Source: the human T2T-CHM13v2.0 reference genome, Homo sapiens
NCBI RefSeq assembly: GCF_009914755.1
Contig: NC_060942.1
Strand: one strand, 5' to 3'
DNA: 64,000 nucleotides
The position numbers and the translations under genes were made by a program. Positions within the stretch are counted from its first letter, which is position 1; each line of letters opens with the position of its first letter. Positions 54,689-64,000 of this stretch are shown here, piece after piece. The notes below the pieces were generated by a model. That model worked only from the letters and a program-made list of their open reading frames with translations. It searched no databases and was not told where the DNA came from.

Positions 54689-54732
54689 TGTTACAGTAGT
54701 TGGCTAGTCAGGTATGAGCAGGGCAGCAGTGG

Positions 54733-54768
<36 letters not shown>

Positions 54769-55200
54769 CAGGCAACCATCAGGTCATGGTCAGGCAGTTG
54801 TTAACTGTCTTTCTAAAGTAATAATTGGTCACAGCCAACACCAGGGAAAGGCAGTCTCTTAATAGATAGAAAACACCTAAAACTGGTGATCAGCAGCTTC
54901 CTGATAAGATCCCAGGAGTTGGGCGAGGGGGGTAAAGTAACACAAGACCTCAGAAGTATGCCAATGTGTAAAAGTCCAAAGGTCAAATCATGCGCTTGCC
55001 TTTCAGGTCACCCACTTGGCCCTCTTCCAAGTGTACTTTCCTTCCGTTCATTCCTGCTCTAAAGCTTTTTAATAAACTTCCACTTCTGCTCTAAAACAAT
55101 CTCTCCTTCTGCCTTATACCCCTCAGTTGAATTCTTTCTTCTGACAAGGCAAGAATTGAGGTTGCTGCAGTACTGTATGGATACAAATTCACCAGCAACG
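54689..55200 (+). mobile_element. MER50-like ERV1 solo LTR containing (CA)n at 54734-54767
   Basis: tgttacagtag..gctagtcagg..tgagcagggcag; cttggccctcttccaagtgtactttc; aaagctttttaataaac. Confidence 0.72.
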
Positions 55201-55636
55201 AAAACAATGAAGGAATAAGTTTAGTTATAGAATGTTGTCTTCAATACCAACTCCACTACAAATCTGCCACTTTATAAGATCATTTGGACCTAGTGATGAT
55301 CCAGCATTTGTGACCTCTGTATTCCAATAAAACGCTTGTTAGACTAAATGGTAATTATATGTTAATATGTATCTGTTGACACATATTGGGTGTGAATACA
55401 TGAATGATGTATTCATTATTCTTACCTCCTCTCTTCTTGTATTTTGTAATACCTGATTCATTCCAAATAAATTATCACTTCATTTCTCATTTTTCCCACA
55501 ATGCCTCTGACTCTGGCTTCCTCTTGCAAGTTTATCCCATAATATCATTATATTACTGGGTCCAGAATCTACTTCAATTGGTTCTGCTTTTAATTCCATA
55601 ATAGTTTCATTTAATTTTGTCTCTCATCTTGCTAAC

Positions 55637-55962
55637 TTTTTGTTTGTTTGTTTTTTTAGGAGACAGGATCTCACTCTGTTGCCCAGGCTAGAGTGCAGTG
55701 CCAGGCTAGAGTGCAGTGGTATGATCATAGCCACTGCAGCCTCCATCTCCTGGGCTCAAGCGATCCTCCCACCCCAGCCCCTTGAGTAACTACAGAGGCA
55801 CACCACCATACCCAGCTAATGTTTTTTGTTTGTTTTTTATTTTTGTAGAAAAGAGGTCTCACTATGTTGACCAAGCTGGTTTTGAACTCCTGGCCTCAAG
55901 CCATCCTCTCATCTTGACCTCCCAAAGTACTAGAGTTACAAGCATGAGCCACCATGCCCACC
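55637..55962 (-). mobile_element. AluJ with an internal ~19-bp tandem duplication
   Basis: ccaggctagagtgcagtg twice at 55683-55718; TSD ttgctaactttt. Confidence 0.9.
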
Positions 55963-56560
55963 TTTTTGCTAACTTTTATTGCATTCGTCTAAATTGGCCC
56001 TGACTTTAGGATCATGAAGGCAAAATAGTTTTCACAAAATACTAGAATGTGGACACCATCATCTAGGTGCACCCCTTCATTTACCAGGAGAGGAAATTGA
56101 GACCCACAGATAATATGTGACTTGCCTCAAGTCATACATTATTTTTTCTCAGTTCTGCTTTCTTTAGTTGTATTATAATTAAATACTTCTGCCAAAGAAT
56201 TTGTCTCACTGGAGAGATATGAAAGTAAGGGATAGACAGAGTAAAAGAGGCTATGGAAATAGAGCTGCCCTCACAGATTAGAAAAATGGGCAGCAGCTGC
56301 TCTTATGTCAAGCTTAAGACAAGCCTAATGTGTAAGATATTGGTGCCAACTGCATCCCTGAGAGCCTGAAATACTCCAACAGGAAATCAATTCTTTTGTG
56401 CTCCAAAATGTTGACTATAGTAGAATTTGTCATATTTTTTCTTCTTGCTTTTTCAAGTTTTTGATAATCACTATGCATCATCTTTATGACCAGATGAAAT
56501 AAAATTAGCTGTATTTTTCATAGACCAGCCTTTTTATTTTAACTTCAGAATCCTTTATTA

Positions 56561-56885
<325 letters not shown>

Positions 56886-57091
56886 TTCAATGCAAACATG
56901 CCCTTAGAGGGCAAATCTCTTGAGATTCACAGACCACCTTGTCTGGTGACTTGCCAACCAGGTCAGCTACCTGGGAACATCATTGGTGTAGGGGAGTGAA
57001 ATGCCGGCACAGGCCAAGAGGCCAACTAAGAAGAGGAAGAGAGAAGACACCAGAGACAAGCTTTGTCCAATTTTGAGTTTGGCCTAAAGTA

Positions 57092-57246
57092 CAGTATGGC
57101 AAACAATGGCCAAGGGACAAATCCAGCCATCATCTGCTCTTATAAATAACTGTATTACAACATGATCCCCTTCGGTGTTTATCTATTGCCTGTGGCTAAT
57201 TTCTTACAGCAGTGTTAAGCAATTGGGACAGAGACAGTATGGCCCA
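57092..57246 (+). mobile_element. MER58A-like hAT fragment
   Basis: ggcaaacaatggcc..gggacaaatccagcc...gacagagacagtatggccc. Confidence 0.6.
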
Positions 57247-57606
57247 CCCTTTCCAGAAGGGCCTCTAAAATCACAACCAATATGACCTGGCTGGCACCTA
57301 CTCCAAAGTCATCCCACTCAACAGGTGTCAAAGAGAATGATATGCCTCCCCACCGTATGCATTAAACATGTGACTTAAGACCTTCCTCTACACATGTATA
57401 GCCTACATGTTCAATAGCTTCCTTTCTTCGTAATGATAGCTCCATTGATAGACTAATATGAAGGCTTATGAAGCCAATGAAAATAATATGTGACCTATTT
57501 ACATGAAGATGATGTTTAAAAAGCAAAATAAAAGAACAAAATAAAAGAAGCAAAGTGCCTTCTTTTTAAAGCGTAACTATATATCTATAACCCATATCAA
57601 CTCATT

Positions 57607-58026
57607 TGATAGGTTTTGTATTTTTGTCACACCCAAATCTCATGTTGAAATGTAATCCCCAGTGTTGGAGATGAGTCCTGGTGGGAGGTGATTGGACCAT
57701 AGGGGCAGATCTCTCATGAATGATATAGCACCATCCCCATGATAATGAGTGTGTTCTCACTATGAGTTCACACAAGATCCAGTTGTTTAAAAGAGTGTGG
57801 CACAACCTCCTCTCTCTCTTGCTCCTGCTCTTGCTGTGTGACATGCCTGCTTTCACTTTCCCTTCCACCTTAAGTAAAAACTCCCTGAGGCCTCCCCAGA
57901 AGCCGAGCGGATGCTGGCACCATGCTTATACAGCTTGCAGAACTATGAGCCAATTAAATTTCTTTTCTTTATCAACTATCCAGCCTCAGGTATTTCTTTA
58001 TAGCAATGAAAGAATGCCTTAACACA
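57607..58026 (+). mobile_element. MSTB/MSTB1 solo LTR
   Basis: TG...CA; MST motifs; 5-bp TSD tcatt. Confidence 0.9.
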
Positions 58027-58384
58027 TCATTCTAGAACATTTCAAATAAACTGAGAAATAAACTAAGCTATTATTTTGGGTTTTGTAAATATGGCTTTTA
58101 CCCTTTATCTGATTCTATACTGATATCTACAACAATTCCCACATACCTGTGTGCCTTTGTCTTTGTTTCAACACTTGAAATGTCCTCTCTTTCCCTTCCT
58201 TCCATGTATCCAAATGTAGCTCATTGTTCAAGCCCTGTCTTTTCCAGAAGCCATGTGTTAATGATTCAATCTCACATGGATTTTCCCCTGACTCCTATGG
58301 GACGTAGAGTTAGCATCACATAATTTAAAATAATTTTTGTCTTCATTTTAAACCGTAATTTATACTCCTTAAGGCTCCAATACG

Positions 58385-59140
58385 TTATATTCATTAGTAA
58401 AATTCAAGTAATTATGGAGCTCCTGCCACTTTTCTATGTGCTGGAGATACAGCTGTGAAAAGGCAGACAAAGGCCTGATGCCCATAGGATTTATATTCTG
58501 TTTAAGAGAGAGTGACAACAAGTCATAAACTATTAAATAGATAACATGTCAGGTGAGGATACAAACTATGAAGAAAGATAAAGCGGAATCAAGGAGACAG
58601 AGAGTAAAAGAGTGGAAGCCTCTCAAAAGGTGACATTTCAGCAGGAACATGCAGGAAGCAGGGGAGCAAGCCATGAAATTGTTCAGAAAAGAGTTCTCTA
58701 GGCTGAAGGAGCAATAGGTGGAGAGGCCCTGAGGAAGGAGCTTGCTTGGCTTGTTCAAGTAGCTACTGTGTCTGGAATAAAGACAGCAAGTCCCAGGAGG
58801 CAGTAAGGGCTCTGTCAGCTTTCCCAAGGTCTTTTGTTTTGAGTCTGAATGAGATGAATGATCAGAAAATGGGTCTAAGCAGGGAAAGACCATGACGTGC
58901 CCTATCTTTTAATAGGACCACTCCGGGTGCCTGTGCTGAGAAAAAACAATAGTGGCACAGGAGTGCAATCCAAAGGACTAGTTAGGAGGTAACAGATGAT
59001 TGTGCTCGGACCAGGCTTATAGTGGTAGAGAAGTTGAGATGTGGTTGACTCCAGACATATTTCAAAGATAGACCCTGAAAATTTTGCTGTGGGACTAAAG
59101 ATGATGGGAAAAAAGTGAGGACTGGGAAATGAGAAACACG
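58385..59140 (-). mobile_element. L2a
   Basis: gtgctggagatacagctgtgaaaaggcagacaaagg...aaggtgacattt...gaggccctgagg...ctaagcaggg. Confidence 0.75.
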
Positions 59141-61317
59141 CTATTAGAAATCTGAGACAGGAAAGACAGAGAGTGGAGGAAGAATGTGGGAACAGTCAGT
59201 AGGAATTTGCATCATTACTTCGTGTAATAAAAATCTCAAGATATGATGGATAATACCTCAATAATAACTCAGTAACAATACATCAAAGGTGTGATTATGT
59301 GGAAGGCTCTGAATATGTTTTGCCAAGTTGCTTTCAAAAATACTTATACAATGCCAAAAATAGTCCTCCTATGTACACACAATAAAATGGAAAACCCCAC
59401 TGAATAACATACAACAAAAGAAAATAAAATTTATAGACAAAAAATTAATACAAAATGTCCAAAAACTATATGAATAAAACTGCAAACTTAAAGACACAAA
59501 AATAGATGTGAAAAAATAAGACATAACCTTATTCTTGCATAAGAAGTTCAACATCATAAAGATTTTATTCTCCTTTTATTACCATCTAAATGTAATGTGA
59601 TACCAATAAAAACTATCAAGTTTTCTCCCCTCTAGAACCAAGCAATTTGAATAGAAAGTCCTTTTGAAAGGATGTACATTCAAGAATAATCAGAAAGATT
59701 CAAGAAGAGAAGAATAAAGAGGAAGAAAGCTAGCCTTACCAAAAATAGAACATATCACAGTTTCTGTAAAATAGAAGAGTGTGGTATGGGTACATGAACA
59801 GACAAACAGATAAAGGAAACAAAGTAGAGAATTCAGAAATTGCATACGGAAATGTAGGATATGATAAAGTCGTATGAGTATAGTGTATGATAAGGGCAAA
59901 GCAGTTGAAACAAACTGATTTTTTTAATACCTGGCATTGAGACAATAGAATCAGATTCCTCAATTCATATAGCAAGATAATACTAAATGGACAAGAAATA
60001 TACATGTAAAAAACAACATCACAAAAGCAGTAGAAGAAAACATGAATGAATTCCTTTATGATTTGGGACTGGGTAAAATTTTTCTAACCATGATTCAATT
60101 TGGTATCGATGATAAAAGAAATTGATAAAATGGATTGCATAAAAATTTTTGTAAAAGTATTTTGTGACAAAAACAAAATCAAAAGCAAACTAAACAGATG
60201 ACAAATTGATTTTTAAATTGTTATGTATATAACAAAGATTAAAAACACTATTATAGAAATAACCTTTAAAAATAGGAAAATGTTAACACCCCAGTAAAAA
60301 AATGATGAAAGATACAGAGTTCACAGAAAAAAGGCTAACAATTCTTAATCATATAAAAAGATGCCAATCTTACTCAACATAAAAGGAATAATAAATAAAA
60401 TTTCACTGAGATACTATTCTTCGAATATCAGATTGGCAAAAAATTCTAAATTAACAAGACTCTTTAATAAGATTGTAGGGAAACAGGCTTTCTCATGCAT
60501 TTATGAGGGAATATTACAAAGTAGAACACCTTTGGAGAAGAATCTGACAATATCTAGAATAATTACATATGCAATTTGCCTTTAACCCAGAAATCCCACT
60601 TCTAGGTATTTAACCCAAACATATGCTAAAAAAAAAAAAAAAATGCAAAATGACGCATGCATAAGGTTTCTTACTGTAGCACCATTGGCAAAGCCAAAGA
60701 CTGGACCCAGCTGTCCATCAAAAGGGGATTTTTGTATACATTATTGTACAGTCACGCAATGGAGTATCACAGCTGTAAAAAAGAATGTGAATGTCTCGAT
60801 ATATCTATACATAGCTGTGGATGGTTTGCCAAAAATAGCATTAAGTGAGAAAAGCATCGTGAAGTACTGTGTATAGTATGCTACTATTTGTGTAAAAGAG
60901 AAGGATTCGTGTATACATTTGCTTCTATTAAAAATACAAAAAGATATATCAAAAATGAATACACATTGTTAGCATAAGGCAGGTAGGAAGGGGAAGAGAA
61001 AAAAGTATAGAGGGGACAAAGATGGAAGCTAGTCTTCTCTGAAAGTAACCCATGGAGTTTTGACTTTAGAACGATGCAAATGTTTTACATAATTACAAAA
61101 CAAAATCAAATCAAAATGAAAACATTAATATCTAAAATCAAAAGCAAAATAGATAAAGAAATCTAACTGTGTGTGTGACATCTGTAGCTTCTCGATATAG
61201 AGAATAATTATTTCAAATAGTTTAAAACATGGCAATTTAGTAATATATTCCTACTGGGAAATACCTTAAGAACAACTAGAACTGCAAGTAAATTCTAAGC
61301 CATGTTTGATAATTGTA

Positions 61318-61620
61318 TTTTTTTTTTTTTTGAGACAAAGTCTGGCTCTGTTGCCCAGGTTGGAGTGCAGTGGCACGATCTCAGCTCACTGCAACCTCCA
61401 CCTCCCAGGATCCTGGATTCAAGTGATTCTCCTGCCTCAGTCTCCCAAGGAGCTGGGATTACAGGCATGCACCACCACACCCGGCTAATTTTTGTATTTT
61501 TAGTAGAGACAGGGTTTCACCATGTTGGCCAGGCTGGTCTCAAACTCCTGACCTCAGATGACCCACCCGCCTTGGCCTCCCAAAGAGTAAAATTACAAGC
61601 GTAAGCCACCACGCCTGGCT
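61318..61620 (-). mobile_element. AluSx
   Basis: Reverse Alu; TSD taattgtatt. Confidence 0.94.
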
Positions 61621-62199
61621 GCTGGTAATTGTATTTTTATAGTAATATTGGTGTTGATATTTTAAAATTATAGGTTAAAACATATAAGTATTATTTACTG
61701 TAATTAAGAAACAAGGTTTTTAATGTAAGAGTACAAACCTATAAATAAAAGTAGTTTCTGTAACACAGTATTTCTGAATTTAGAATATAAGTATTATTTC
61801 ATGATATATTTTCTCTTTTTAAAAAAATACAAGCATATTTGCTTGCTTTGCTTTTTCACTGAAAAAGTCTAGAAACAGCAACAAACCCATTAGCTATGAA
61901 CACCCCCCAGCACTAAGACTGTTATACCAAAATATCATTTGCTCCTTAAAATAATTCTTTTTAAAATAACCGTTTTTTTAATGAGCCTAGAATATAAAAC
62001 GGTATACCAGAAAACAAGAAAACTAAAAGGTACTGCTAGCACCATGTCAACAGGATAATGGATTCAACTTAAAGTGGCTGTCATTGGCCAAAGATGAGTT
62101 ACATAGAACATCAAGATACTAATAATTAGCATAATGTAATAGATTGGAAAACCTAAAATACGTGAAAAATCATGAGTTTAGGTTTTCATTGATTATTTT

Positions 62200-62672
62200 T
62201 GTGTACTATCCAGGGTTCTCCAAAAAATAAAACCTATAGAAGGTATAGAGAAAAATATTTATTATAAGGAATTGGCTCATGCAATTTATAGAGGCTGACA
62301 AGTCCCAAGATCTGTAGGAGAAGTCATCAAACATGAGACCCAGGAGAGCCAATACTTTAGTTCCAGTCCAAGTCCAAAAGCCTGAGAAACAGTTTCAGTT
62401 CAAGTTCAAAGATAGGGAAAAGCTAATATCCAGCTCAATGCAGGGAGGAAGAGTTCCCTCTCACTTGAAGGAGGGTTGACCTTTTTGTTTTATTCAGACC
62501 TTCAACTAGTTGGATGAGGCCAACCCACATTGATAAGGGCAATCTGAGTCAACTGACTCAAATGTTAATCTCATCCAAAAACCCCTTCACAGACACACCC
62601 AGAATAATATTTGACCAAATGTCTGGGCACCCTGTAGCTCAGTCAAGTTGACACATAAAATTCACCATCACA
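62200..62672 (-). mobile_element. MLT2B-like ERVL LTR
   Basis: cagggttctcca...attataaggaattggctcat...aagtcccaagatctg...gtcaagttgacacataaaattcaccatcaca. Confidence 0.88.
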
Positions 62673-62882
62673 TTTAGGAACAAACTCATTATTCTAAAAA
62701 TTACTAAATAAGGGAAAAAATCAGGCATTTATCCTGTCTTTCTAGTACAAAATGTGCCTATGGATATCCATAGCTGATGACACAAACATCTATATAAAAT
62801 AATTCCAGTATCAAATGCAGTATACATTATAGAATTAGAGTATCTTGGTTTTGCAACTTCTTGTAAAATAATGGATCTAGAC

Positions 62883-63205
62883 CAGGGGTAAGCAAACTAT
62901 AATGTTTGGCCAAATTTGGTTTCCTCCTGTTTTTGTATGGTTCAGGAACTAAGAATGGTTTTCACATTTTAAAACGGTTGGGGAAAAGAGTCCCAAACAA
63001 TAACATTACTTGATATATGAAAAATATATGAAATTTAAACTTTAGTGTCTTTAAGTAAAGTTTATTGGGACACAGCCAGGCTCATTAGTTTGCATGTTGT
63101 CTATGGCTGCCTTTACAATACAACTGAAAAGTTGAATCCATATGGCTTTCAAAGCTTAAAATATTTCCTGTCTGGTCCTTTGAGGAAAGTGTTTGCTCAA
63201 CCTCA
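62883..63205 (+). mobile_element. MER58B hAT-Charlie
   Basis: caggggtaagcaaact...aactaagaatggttttcacatttt...aagtgtttgc; 8-bp TSD-like atctaga(c/a). Confidence 0.82.
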
Positions 63206-63354
63206 ATCTAGAAAATAATCATCAGTGGCTGAAAAAAAAAAAAAAACCCCAGTTAGGTGAAATACTGATGGGGAACTTTATAGGGGAGGAATGAGGCAGA
63301 ACGCAGTGAGCAATCACTGGAGAACCATGACTAGCCCAGGTGAACTAGGATGAC

Positions 63355-63917
63355 TGTATTTCAGACAAGGGTAGAAAACAAAAAAATGGAGCTGGGCCCC
63401 AAAGAGTTAAAGAAACTAATGACTAACAGAAATTCCTCGGTTTGCAAAATGGCAGATAAGAAAAGAAACAACTTGCCTAAGCACTGAAACTCCCTCTGCT
63501 TGTAAGATAACAAAACTGGCTGAAGTCAGTTCGAACCAATACCGCCAGCTAGAGATTGCACAGAATGAGCTTGCTGATGTTACAGCCTAAATTTCCACTG
63601 TATGTTTTATGCTAACTGCCCTGAATTTGCACAAGGGATCCATGAAGAAGCATGAACAGATAAATGCATATGCCTGAGGACTTTCCAAACCTTTCCTTTC
63701 CTTCCATCAATCACCTACTAATCTCAGAATCCACCCCTTTAATCTTTTCTAATAAAATTACTGTCTTAAAGCCAGCACAGGAAGATAGATTTGAGCTGGA
63801 TTCCTGTCTCTTTGTTAGTCAACTTGTTATAAAAAACTTTTCCTTTCTCAAAAAACTAGTGCCATAATATTGGCTTCTAGTGCATTGAGCAGTGAGCCCC
63901 TTTTGCTTGGTAACTAA
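63355..63917 (+). mobile_element. ERV1 (MER4-group) LTR, subfamily and 5' boundary uncertain
   Basis: agatttgagctgga..cctgtctc...tttcctttctcaaaaa...tattggcttctagtgcattgagcagtgagcccc...ggtaac, typical of a MER4-group U5 end. Confidence 0.6.
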
Positions 63918-64000
63918 CAGAAATAGCAGGTTGATGACTGTGGAGAGAAAATTAACTGTCTAGGGCCCACAGTGTGAGTTTGCAATGACGGTGAAACATC

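Larger units (their letters stand above)
59340..62880 (+). mobile_element. Old L1M (MC/ME) ORF2-3'UTR fragments, interrupted by Alu and MLT2
   Basis: A-rich L1 ORF2-like sequence (gtgtggtatgg..catgaacagacaaacag, acccagaaatcccacttctagg). Confidence 0.65.

Overview
This is primate (human-like) intronic or intergenic DNA: AT-rich, CpG-depleted and dominated by interspersed repeats. I see about 20 Alus, L1s of several ages, L2/MIR relics, MaLR/ERVL/ERV1 LTRs, and Tigger/hAT DNA-transposon fossils. I cannot support any cellular protein-coding gene, RNA gene or CRISPR array. The supplied ORFs are almost all Alu, L1, LTR or microsatellite artefacts; only broken L1 ORF2 pieces are recognisable. The main structure is a ~14 kb nested L1/ERV stack at ~24.3-38.2 kb. 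The most unusual non-repeat signals are a ~215 bp, ~92%-identical inverted duplication whose second copy lies inside a (TA)n microsatellite (14.25-15.25 kb) and a candidate 9-nt microexon (47802-47810). Several LTR/L1 copies retain regulatory motifs (SOX-OCT composite, CTCF, perfect tRNA-Arg PBS). I found no convincing novel multi-gene system. Repeat subfamily names come from recalled consensus sequences and should be confirmed with RepeatMasker/Dfam.
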